Positions 37,705 to 49,100 of a DNA stretch of 64,000 nucleotides are shown in pieces. Below the pieces are notes generated by a model. The model did no database searches, was not told the DNA's origin, and worked only from the letters and a program-made list of their open reading frames with translations. The stretch lies in NCBI GenBank assembly GCA_964016885.1, contig OZ024741.1, forward strand, positions 61,504,001 through 61,568,000, in the 5' to 3' direction. The stretch comes from Eledone cirrhosa. Taxonomy: Eukaryota. Numbering within the stretch: position 1 is the first letter of the stretch; each line of letters begins with the position of its first letter. The position numbers were made by a program, and so were the translations under genes.

Positions 37705-38385
37705 ACACTTGGGCTTTGGTGTTGGTGTAGAGCAGTGATATCAGGTCCACTATCTTCTTGGGGATTCCATAAGCCTGTAAGATCTTCATCAGGCAGTAAC
37801 GGTCCACAGAATCAAAGGCCTTCCTAAAGTCAATGAAAACCATGACCGCAGGAAGGCACTTTGCTCTAGCTCCCTCTAATATCCTCCTAAGCATCAGGAT
37901 GTGACTGGTGGTTGATCTACCCTCTCTGAAGCCGTTCTGGTTGTCCCTGAGCTTCTTCTCCATCTCAGGCTGGATCCTGTTAAGAATCATCCTATTGAGG
38001 GTCTTTTCCACAAGTGACGTCAGTGAGATCCCCCTGTAGTTGTTGGTGTTAGAGAGATCTCCCTTCTTTGGCATCAGTATACACTGAGGATGAAAAACTC
38101 AGAGCTGTATGGGAGCATCCTAAAAGTCAGCTCAAAAGTGACACAGAGGAGACTGAGGTTAGCTGGACATGCTCACCGACATCCAGAGTTGACATTGCAC
38201 TCAGTGCTCCTTTGGGAGCCCCTACATGGACACACTAGAAGAGGAAGACCAAGGTTAACGTATGTTGATGCCCTAAGGACAGACACTGGTCTGTTGGAGA
38301 TGCAGAACATGGCAGCGATAATGAGGGACAGAGACCGCTGGAGCGAACTCGTCCATGGATCTCGGGAATTTTACCCGCCTTAGAA
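37705..38385. mobile_element. RTE/RTEX-group LINE insertion with an inverted 5' segment
   Basis: Minus 38074-37705 encodes RT (PKKGDLS..NYRGISL..QNGFR..FIDFRKAFDSV); plus 38080-38383 encodes the C-terminus (RRLRLAGHAHRH..RRGRP); (TA)n on both sides. Confidence 0.85.
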
Positions 38386-38519
38386 AGATATATATACACA
38401 CATATTTTATATATATACATATATATACACACATTATATATATATATACACACACATTTTATATATATATACATATATACACACATATATTCACACATTA
38501 TATATATATATAAATATAA

Positions 38520-39140
38520 ATAGATTATCGGAGAAAGCTTTTAGTGATACTCCGGCCAAATCCCAACTCACTCAACAAACATTAGGAAATAAGTGAGTAC
38601 ATTTCCAATTAAACGTTCGGGGTGCTACCTAATTGTATTGTGTGGAAAATTGGCTGTATCATTTCATATGAGATATATCGAATATATCTCTTCCCAGACG
38701 GACGTCTCGTTTCATTATAAGATTCCTACAATTTGGGTGAAATTATGCCAATTTATGTAGACGCTTGTATAAGATCAACAGATACTTATTCAAGTGGGCT
38801 CTTATAATTCTTCAGTGGGTGCCCAATAATACTAATATTGATAATCAAATCAACATCAGTATTTAGCGATAATCACCATCAGTGCTTGAGGTAGCTGCCA
38901 CATTGTTATTCTAGCAGTTCTAAAGAAATTCTCAAACTGATTCAAAAATAAGGAAGAAGATTACCGCCAAAAAAACAATACATGCGCAGGACAATGAATT
39001 CTAAGAGGAATTCAGGCCACGTGCTAGAACTCAATTGGAATTTGAAAAAATATCCATGTATGTACAACGTTTGATGACACACATAGATATTTTCTTGGGC
39101 AAAATAACAGAAAAAGATACAAGAAACAATCAATATTCAT
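38520..39140 (-). mobile_element. Non-coding Penelope-like element
   Basis: About 620 bp between (TA)n tracts with a hammerhead; shares the gtg.tac.ccggccaa..aactcactc motif with ~17372-17399. Confidence 0.65.
38693..38819 (-). ncRNA. Type I hammerhead ribozyme motif with a large insertion in loop 2
   Basis: Minus strand ccca CTGAAGA attataaga [~77 nt] tcttataat GAAA cg-agacgtc-cg TC tggg: perfect 9-bp stem II, GUC triplet, GACGTC palindrome in loop 3. Confidence 0.8.
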
Positions 39141-39224
39141 ATATAGAAAAATAAACAAATATATATATATATATATAATATATATATACACACACACATT
39201 TTTTATATCCACATATATACACAC

Positions 39225-39259
<35 letters not shown>

Positions 39260-39321
39260 ATGATGATATATACATATATATATATATCATCATCGTTTAA
39301 CGTCTATCTTCCACGCTAACA

Positions 39322-39394
<73 letters not shown>

Positions 39395-40254
39395 TACATG
39401 TTTTCTTGCTTATAAAAGCAATAATTTAGAAATTAAATTTAAAAAAACCAAATGTTTGACTAGCATTGCTACAAACAATATGAAAAACAAATACAACTAC
39501 AGCAACAACTTCAACAACAACAACTGCATTTTCAACTCCAAAACTACTACAATGACAACTCCGAAACAACAAAAGCATCAACATCAGCAACAACAGCATC
39601 AAGAGCATTTATATAAATCTTTCCTTGTATATTATAATGCTTCAGAATAGAACAAGCATCATTATCAATGCATTCTAGTCTTTTTTTAAAATTAATTCAA
39701 TTATTTATTCTCAATTCAATTTAGATTGTTTATATACATTTATCTGTTATTTTTTTCTTCTTTCTTTTCAAAATATTTTAAAAGATTTGCACTTGTACAT
39801 ATAATGCAACACTTAAGAGGGCAGTGAAGCATCGATAACTAAACAAGACAGGTTTTACATATTTTCCAGTTAACAATCTTATTACTTAATTTCAACAATA
39901 ATCCTCCTTTACATGATTTACCCCATCCTCTCCATCTCCTCTACCTTTGCTTCCAAGCCAAAATGTTACTTTCACTTTCCCCGGCAAGCAAGTAAACAAA
40001 TGCATCTGCCAATAATTTCTACAAGCAGCATTTTTTTATATATCTTTTGTGTAAACAATCAAATTATTATCGTTATTAGTTATTATTATTATCACCATTA
40101 TTATTAATATTATTGATGGTTCGCACAATAAATATGATGATTACTGGATCTTCTACTGTCTGTCAACAGACATTATTTTCCTGAGCCGTCTTTTGTAGTA
40201 GAGTAATTTGTGATGCAATGTCTATTTGTTCAAGATACCCTCTCAGATTTATTA

Positions 40255-41615
40255 TCATTGTTATTATAATTATTATTATTATTTCCATTATTATTTTTAT
40301 TGCGCATCATTACTGCTTTACCAAGCACAGCTCTGTGTGCCTTGGGTATGAGCAGTGTAGTTTTTACTGATGTTGTTTCTATTGTATTGATAGTACTTTC
40401 CGTAATATGTGTGCAGTGACTACTAGTTCTATCTTTTGTATGCTGTATATATTTGTAAGTCCTGGGGTTTTGGCTACGTATTTGTCTGTGTGTTTTGTTT
40501 ATCATTCCTAGAGCATCTATTGTTATAGACATTGTTTCTGTTTTCATTTTCCACATTCGAGCTATTTCTATCTCTAGATCTTTATATTTGGTGAGTTTCT
40601 CTATTTCCTTGGAGGATATATTGTCATCTATTAGAAGGCATTATTTTCTTTGCTGCCCTTGTGCCAAAAGTAGAAACAATTATTTTCTTTGTGGTGGATT
40701 GGCAATATTGGTAGAGGGTCGGACGCCATGCTTTGACGCATAGAGTTACGGCCCTTGCCATTCTGAGTTCAAATCCCGCCGAGGTTAACTTTGCCTTTCA
40801 TCCTTACAGGGTCGATAAAATAAAGTACCAGTAATACACTGGGTAATTGCTGGCCTTGTGCCAAAAGTAGAAACAATTATTTTCTTTGCGGTCTTTGACT
40901 ATAATATCTGGTCAGTATCCTTGATCTCTCTGTCTGTATGTATTGGCATATCCCAGAGGATGGTTGCTTTGGCATTCTCTGACACTTTTTCCGGTGTGTG
41001 TTTTTATGATCTTTTTCTGTTGGTATTTGATAATGCTGGCAGTGTATGAAGGTCCCAACCCTATCGTGCCTGTGGATATATTCTTTTTTGGCTAGTGCTG
41101 GGTGTCCAGAGACTATGTGGTTGATTGTTTCTTCCCTATCTCCACATATTCTAAAGTTACTTGTAGTGCTTTGTTTCATTATGTATTTCTGGTAATTTCT
41201 GGTAGGTAGACTTTGGTCCTGCGCTGCAATTAGAAATCCTTCTGTCTTAGCTTTTAGTCCTATGCTTCTGAGCCAGTGTTATGTGTTTTCTTTGTCTACT
41301 TCCTTTCTATTTAGCTTTTTGGGGTATTGACCATGTAAGGATTTCTCTTGCCATAGTTTTAACATGGCATTCTGGATGTCAGTTTTCAATTTAAATTTTA
41401 TGTCTTTCACAATTTCTATTGTTTTTTCTTTGCTTTCATTTTCCTCACAATTATCTGTTAGTCCAGTTTCTGATTTGAATTTTTTGACTTCCTTGAAGAC
41501 CAAGAACAGTTTTTTCTTTTGTTCATGTTTCATGGCTATTTGTATCACCTTTTCTTTGTGTTTTATTAGGTATTTTGTAGTCCTACAGTTGTTATTTTAT
41601 AAGAGTTTTCTAGTA
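40255..41615 (-). mobile_element. R4/Dong-like RLE non-LTR retrotransposon, 3' part, interrupted by SINEs
   Basis: WQEKSLHGQY, RICGDREETINHIVSG (degenerate CCHC), YIHRHDRVG, MWKMKTET..DALG; (AAT)-like tail. Confidence 0.85.
40654..40876 (+). mobile_element. Deu/Nin SINE plus a tail-only copy at the same target site
   Basis: attattttctttg occurs three times (~40640, 40679, 40877) bracketing a ~25-bp tail fragment and a near-full SINE. Confidence 0.85.
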
Positions 41616-41636
41616 TAGAAACAATTATTATTATTA

Positions 41637-41792
41637 AGGGTGGTGGATTGGCAATATCAGTAGAGTGTCGGACAACATACTTTGTGGCAGAGAGTTATAG
41701 CCCTTTACGTTCTGAGTTCAAATCCTGCTGAAGTTAGCTTTGCCTTTCATCCTTACGGAAGCAATAAAAAAAGCACCAGTAATGCACTGGGA
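41637..41792 (+). mobile_element. Deu/Nin SINE lacking its tail
   Basis: Head and core present; ends after gtaatgcactggg. Confidence 0.8.
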
Positions 41793-42749
41793 TATGTGCA
41801 TGTAAAAGGAAGGAAAAGGATACACACATATATGTCTCTAACTTAAAAACAGTGACACACACGTCTCTAATTTAAGAACGCCTACAAACTCATGTGCACG
41901 CACATACACACACTGTCCTATTACCACTTAAGAGCTTTCGCCCAGGCAAATCATCATCATCATCGTTTAACGTCTATCTTCCACGCTAGCATGGGTTTAG
42001 ACGTCCCCGCAATTTTGGAACCATCTGGGTTGTCCAGAATCGATGGGAAAAGACTTGACGGTCTTACTCTATGCTCCTGGTCAAGATGCAGGTGCCTTAC
42101 CTGGGACATCACAGTTAGTGACTCTTTTGCTTCTTCCCACATCCTGGATGCGGCGGTAAGGGTGAGAGCTACAGCATCCGCAGCTGAACGGAACAAAATC
42201 CTAAAATACCGTGTTCTGTTAGCTAACTACATTATCCAGCCTATGTGGTCGTAGATGTGAGTATTACGTGCTTGTGTATTTTTTCTCTTTTTCTTTTTTT
42301 TCCTTTCCCTTTACTTTGTATATATTATATTTGTTTGTGTTTTTGTTCTGTAAACATTATATTAAATTTTAATACAGATGAGTTTTTGAAAATAAAAAAG
42401 AGTTAAACTGTGTTGTTAATAAATAAATAAAAAGTTGTACTTCATTTTACCCTCCTATTTCCAATCCACTGAATGCATATATGTGTGTGTGTGTGTAAAT
42501 GTGTGTTTGTGTAAATGTATATGTGTGAAAGTATGTGTATTTATCTGAATGTATGTCTGTGAGCATGTATTTTTATAAGTTTGTTTGCGCAATTATAGTT
42601 ATATACTCGTACATATAGATGTATGTATGTGCACATACACACACATATGCGTCAGTGTGTAGAAAATCATAATCACTCTATCTATCTCTATCTCTCTCAT
42701 TCTATATATATATGGTAGTTGAAGTGGTGGTGGTGGTGGTGGTGGTGAT

Positions 42750-43158
42750 ATACCGGAAGTGTAGAAATTTGAAACTTTGAAAAGAAGTCAATTTTAAATT
42801 ATTTATATTTACGAAATTTAGTTACAAAATTTAGTACATCAATTATGTAATATTCATTCATTATTTATTCATCGAGGGCGGTGGATTGGCAGTATCGGTA
42901 GAGGGTCAGACACCATGCTTTGACGCATAGAGTTACGGCCCTTTCCAATCTGAGTTCAAATCCCGCCGAGGTTAACTTTGCCTTTCATCCTTACGGGGTC
43001 GATAAAATAAAGTACCAGTAATGCACTGGGTAATTGCTGGCCTTGTGTCAAAAGTAGAAACAATTATTTATTCAAAGTGATCCAACTTATTTTACTAACT
43101 GGATTAAAAGAAATAAACCGAATGCAGTCCCGCACTCCTTACTTTATTATAGTATAGA
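42750..43158 (-). mobile_element. 5' part of a family A Helitron with a Deu/Nin SINE inserted (~42873-43063)
   Basis: Minus strand A|TCTATACTATAATAAAG start; SINE flanked by an attattt(t)attca duplication. Confidence 0.8.
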
Positions 43159-43164
43159 TTCAAG

Positions 43165-43392
43165 GGCAATGGATTGGCAGTATCGGTAGAGCGTCAGACA
43201 ACATGCTTTGCAACATAGAGTTATGGCCCTTTACGTTCTGAGTTCAAATCCTGCCATGGTTAACTTTGCCTTTCATCCTTACGGGGTCATAAAATAAAGC
43301 ACCAGTAATGCACTGAGATCAATTTAATCATGTTACCCCTCTCCCCAAATTTCTGGCCTTGTGTCTATAGTAGAAATTATTATTATTATTAT
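43165..43392 (+). mobile_element. Deu/Nin SINE, long-form 3' region
   Basis: Head, core, extra ~30-nt segment before ggccttgtg, (ATT)n tail. Confidence 0.82.
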
Positions 43393-43893
43393 TCATGGTT
43401 TCCACACTAAATATGATAATGACTGGATGTTCTACAGTCAGTTGGGTTTCAACAAGGGCCTTAAACAGACAATGTTTCTGAGTATAAGTGGTGCACTCTA
43501 TAGGAGAGCAATTTGTGTTTCAAGATTTATTTGCTCAAGATACCTCACTCTAAGTTTTAATGGTATTGAGTCAAAGGCTCTGGCGACAACTAAAATTATC
43601 TTCGTATTAAAACAATGTTGTCTCTGATGGAGCAAAGCGAGAGTGCATTTGAATACATATAAGAATGAGAAAGCTCTTTTCTAGAACAGTCGTTAAAACA
43701 GTTAAATACTGTCAAAGGCAGCAACGGACAAAAATGCCTCAGAAGAGAGAGAACAGTGGCCAGTTGTCAACAGAGGGGCAATCCACAAGGTGGGCGACAG
43801 GCAGATGAAATATAGAAAAGATTGAAAGAGTAGGAGGACAAGGAGTGGTGCACAGAAGTGACAGGATAAAGAAAGGCGATGTACAAGACAAGT

Positions 43894-43929
<36 letters not shown>

Positions 43930-45159
43930 CTTCACCCTCATCAGCTCTTAAACCAGAAAAATGGTTTTGCTCATCACTGTCTTTGACAGCATTTAGCTGT
44001 TTTAATGGCTATTCTAGTGTATTACTTGCTGTGTGTATCTGATTTATAATAGGTACATTGTATTTCTGTGTATTGTATGAGATGGTTAAAATGTTTGACA
44101 TTATAAAATATCATGCTACAAAGGACATCATGAAGAATATGAAGCTTGTCATAAGATCTGACAAAGCTTTAGCATTGAAAATGACACTAAATATTTGTTG
44201 TTGTTGGTCTTTATCAATTACCTTTTTAGTAAGAATGGAGGTAAATGATGTTTCTCTGGATGTGAATTAACACTTATAATACAAATCTGGCCAAAATTAT
44301 GAAACATTGTAGTGCAAAATTATTAAACACTGTAGTGCACCTGTGCACTGCAAAATAATTTTCATTATATTATTTTAAAACCACTAATTTTAATGATTCC
44401 TATCTAAATAATAATCTTCCATTATAATTTTATATAAAAATCTTTTGTTATGTTACATTACAAATACTAACTTATTAATAAAAAAAATGATTTTAGTAAA
44501 TCCCTCCAAATTATTCATTAATTAATTGAAGCACGGTGTATGTCCTTAGAAAATATAAGGAAAGAGTTAATGTAAGAGTTTGTCTGCAATCAAACAAAAA
44601 AAGAAACCCTAAAAAAAAACGAGATTTTGTAAGCAGTAATGAAAAATCGCCATTAATGACTATATTTTGCTGGAAGGCAACTATTTAAATCATCATCATG
44701 ATTGATTATCCACCAGTTGGTGATGGCTGTTGTACACTTTTCAAAATGATTTTCGCTATTTTTCTTGGTGTCTAATATAAAACTCTCCCTATGTGTCTCT
44801 CTCTCTCTCTCTCTTTCTCTCTTCCCAACTCTTTCCTTGTCTGTCTCTCTTTGTTTCTCTATCTCCTTCTCTGTCTCTGTTTGTCTTCTCAGCCCCTCCT
44901 TCTCTCACCACCTAACAAACAATGAGAGCCTAGCTGCTTCATTAGTATTAACACTAATGCACTGATACAACCAGACTATAACAAAACAGTCACTGGGTGA
45001 TTACAGCTACATAGATATTATATAGTTACAGACATACTATATAAATTCATTGCCTGAAGCATAGATTTTTTTTTTCTCCCCAATAATACTAGAATATTCA
45101 ATCTTTTAGAAACAAAATCCCAAATCCTGCCAACATCCACCTTCTATCAAAATAAATCC

Positions 45160-45765
45160 TCATCATCGTTTAACGCCTACTTTCCAAGCTAGCATGGGTT
45201 AGATGGGTTTGTCCAATTTGAGGCAAGTTGGGTCGGGTGACTGTGTCTCACTCATATATGACTGTTTCTGGCTGGTTTTCTATGGCTAGATGCTCTTCCT
45301 AATGCCAACCACAATTACAGTGTGTGCTGGGTGTTTTTGATGTGTCTCCTACACAACCACTTTACAGTGTGTGCTGAGTGCTTTTAGTCATAACACATAC
45401 ACGACCACTTTATAGTGTGGGCTGGGTGCTTTTTGTCATGACACCTACACGACCACTTTACAGTGAGGGCTGGGTGCTTTTTGTCATGACACCTACACGA
45501 CCACTTTACAGTGTGGGCAGGATGCTTTTTGTTGTGACACTTACACAACCATTTTACAGTGTGGGCTGGGTGCTTTGTGCCATGTATCTTACATGACCAC
45601 TTTACAGTGTGGGCTAGGTGCTTTTTGCCGTGTCTCCTACACGACTACTTTACAGTGTGGTCTGGGGTTTTTTTGTCAGGACATTTACACGACCACTTTA
45701 CAGTGTGTTCTGGGTGCTTTTGTCGTTACACTTACATGACCACTTTACAGTGTGGGCTGGATGTT
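45160..45765 (-). repeat. RTE-tail element carrying about 10 tandem 48-bp units
   Basis: ccactttacagtgtgggctgggtgctttttgtcatgacacctacacga repeated from ~45309 to 45762, next to the gctagcatggg/(CAT)n end. Confidence 0.88.
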
Positions 45766-46070
45766 AACAAAAATAAAAAACTGAAAAAATATATAAAATA
45801 TAAAAATGTCAACATGTGACTGAGACTGAGATGAGATAAGAGTTCTATGTTCATTGTGGAGGTGTTGTAGTGTTTTTGAACTGTTCTGTGTTTATTGTGG
45901 AGGTGTTGTAGTGTTCTGTGCTCATTGGGTAGTTGGTTGTTGTATTCTGTCTTTATTGTGTTGGTGTTTTAGCATTGTTGTTGTATTGTAGTGTTCTATG
46001 TTCATTGTGTTGTTGCGATGGTGGTATTATTTGTGAGGGGGTGCTGTTGTAGTTGTGATGTTATAATAAT

Positions 46071-46071
<1 letters not shown>

Positions 46072-46103
<32 letters not shown>

Positions 46104-49100
46104 CTTTCTTTATTAACCACAAGGGTTTACACAAAGTAGACATTAAGGACAGTACAGGACAATACAGGACGGTACAAATGGGCATTTCTGCGTGTACAAA
46201 AACCCCAAAACAGAGGATGTAACAAAAAAAAAAAAACAATGAAAAATTCCCCAATAGGGGGGAGACTTCCGAGGGACATTCGTGGAGAAAGCCCATTAAA
46301 AAGCCACAGTGACCCTGACCACCAGGGCAAGTGCCCTCTCCCAGTCTTCCACCTTTAATTTACAGACACATACTCAGAGTAGGCCCATTCACTCGGGCCA
46401 TTCTTGCCTCTCTCACCCATCTTTCAACAAAATGCTGGGAAGAGAGCACTTCCCTCTCTACCCTGATTTTCCTTTTCAAATGAAATTTGAAAAAGTTAAT
46501 CGGGGCATCACCAATGAGGTAAGTGCTCGTCTTCAGCCCTTTCAAACGTGTCCACCATACTATCTCTTTCCCCATGGCCACCAGACAGATAAAAATTACC
46601 TGCCCTTCCCAGTTAAAGGAAGAGGGCGGGGCAATCCTCACGATGGACTCAGCTGATAGCTGGATCCGTCCTACACGCGACAGCAGGTGTTCGACATAAA
46701 CCCACAAGTCAGCAATGCTCGGACACTGGCTGAGTGCGTGCACGACAGTATCGTCGCCCTCGTGCATCTCGGACATGCCCAGCTGACGGCACCTCCATGC
46801 CTGTAGAGTTTATCCCGAACTGGCAAAGTTCCTCGGTAGCACTGCCAGGATTTCTGGAAGTTGTCCATAAGCCCCGCCCCGGCCCGAAAATTCTTCCGAA
46901 GAGATTGGCTAGTTGATTTTCGTCGACGCCTAGAGTTTCCCCAAGTACATCGTAACTCTTCCCCCTCCATTAATCCTCTATAGAAAGCCAAGGTGGTGTT
47001 TCCACCGATCACATTGCCCGATTGGTCGAGGGCTGTGAGCGCCTGAAGACATTCCAGTCTCCAAGCGCTCCCTCTTGGTCTTCGCTACACCCAGGACTGC
47101 AGCTCCGTCAAGGAGACGAGCTGGAGAAAGACGCGTCTAGCAAAGGCGACCACACCTGATCACCATCGTGGAAGAGGTTGAGATGTCGTAGCCTGAGCGC
47201 GTGTCTGCGCATCATCAGCCACGGCATGCCCAACCCTCCACGTAGCGGGTGTTGACAGCAGATGAACCGCCTGACCATCGGAGCGCGTCCCTTCCACAAA
47301 AAGTGAAAGAGCAAACACTCCAGCGCAGTCAGGCGAGGCTTAGGACAAGGCACGACAGTCAGGTGGTAGTAGATGACGGACGCGATATACGCGTTAGCCC
47401 CCTCCACTCGACCTTTCAGGGATAGCTTCCTCTCCGCCCATTTCTGGGTGAGAAAAGCCACCGTGCTCGTCACCTCGTCCCAGTTTTTGTCCGTCTGGAG
47501 GTCCGGACCGAACCAGACCCCTAGCAATTTAACCGGTCATCCGTCCAGTGCATGACGACGCTGTTGGACGGCATGGACCTGCCTCTCTAGGTGCCGAGTT
47601 GCAGGCCCACCAACTTTTCCTGGTTGATCATTGCTCCTGTCACCGCATCATATTCTCTTAGTGTAGTGCCGATCGCCTCGATGTGTTTGGCGTTCGACAC
47701 CACTACGGTGACATAGTCCGCATATGCTCACATGGATCTTCCCCATCCTAGTTCGCGCGGGACCCCCCTCAACGTCTCCATTTTGTGCAGTAATGGCTCG
47801 AGAGTCAATACGTACAAGAGGGATGAGAGGGGACATCCTTGGCGGACCGAGCGCAGGACGTTGAATGGTTCCAAAAGGTGACCGTTCACTCTCACCACAG
47901 AGCAGATGTCGCTGTGCATGGCAGCAATCCAGCCTCTGAAGATAGACCCAAAGCCAGCCGCCCTCAGGACTGCCGCCAGATACCGATGGTCGACCCCATC
48001 GAAAGCTTTTGACTGATCTAAATTGATCAAGGACCCACGCATGCCAGGTTCCCTAGCTACCCTCTCCATGATGTATCGAATGAGGTGGAGGTTGTTGTGG
48101 TGGATAGATCTGTCTGGAATGGCGCATGTCATGTTATCCCCCTTGTTCAGATCTTTTCTCAGCAGCGCCACAGCTCCTCGGCTCACAGAGCTGGGAATTC
48201 TCCCATTCTGTTGCCAGTTGCAGTAGACGTCTGCCAAGAGGCCTCCGAACAAGTCTGGCATCTGTACGTAAAGTTCGTAGATCAGACCATCCAAACCAGG
48301 CGATTTAGCCCTTGTGCAGCCAGTCGTTGCCTCCCGTATTTCAGCTGCTGTTATCGGCTTTTCGCAACACTCTGCCTCATTGGCCGAGAGCCGTGGCAGC
48401 CGTCGAGGTAGACACTAAAGTCCATCCATCGATCAAGCCCGCTGCTGCTCCCAAACAGCTGAGCGAAGTGTTGCTGAAAACCTTCACACATTTGCCCGGG
48501 ATCGAGTAGCATGCGCCCATCGTGGTCCACCAAAGACCGGATTGTGGCTTTGTTGCTATGACGCGCCTCCGCCAATCGGGCCCATTGAACGGCTTTCGTC
48601 CCCTCAAGTCTGACAGCACGCACCCTAGCTCTGACAACGCAGCCTTCGTGCTTTGCATTGAAGAATTGGTCAAGGGCCAATTTCGCCGCAAGTATGTCGG
48701 TCGCGATGCCTTTGCTAAGTGGCTCGTCTAATTTTCTCTGCTCTATTTTTCTCTATTGCTAAAGCCTTACTAAACCTAAGGTACTCTATTCTAATCGCTC
48801 TTTTCAGAGCAAACCACCACATGTTGTTGACGATGGGCCCCGTCAATGCCCACTTAACTAGTTCACTAATCCAGTCTCTGTAGGCCTTATGCACTGTTTA
48901 GCTTCCAGTAGCCGGGTCCTTGTCTATGAAGCCTATCTAAGTCAACCACACAGATCACAAATTTGTGGTCCATGTAGCTGACTATCTTGAATTGTGGACT
49001 GCCTATGCTAGACCTATCTATTTCCCTACAAAATACTCTATCTAGATATGAGCTAGGGTTTGTCCAAGTCCACATTGGCACATTTGGGAAATCCAATCGG

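Noticed and set aside
42100-42195. HDV-like ribozyme at the 5' end of the RTE-tailed insert
   Set aside because: Some pairing (ggatgc/gcatcc) exists, but I could not build P2, P3 and P1.1 consistently
45309-45762. CRISPR-like regular array
   Set aside because: Units are contiguous 48-bp tandem copies with no unique spacers, there are no cas genes, and the unit belongs to an RTE-type tail
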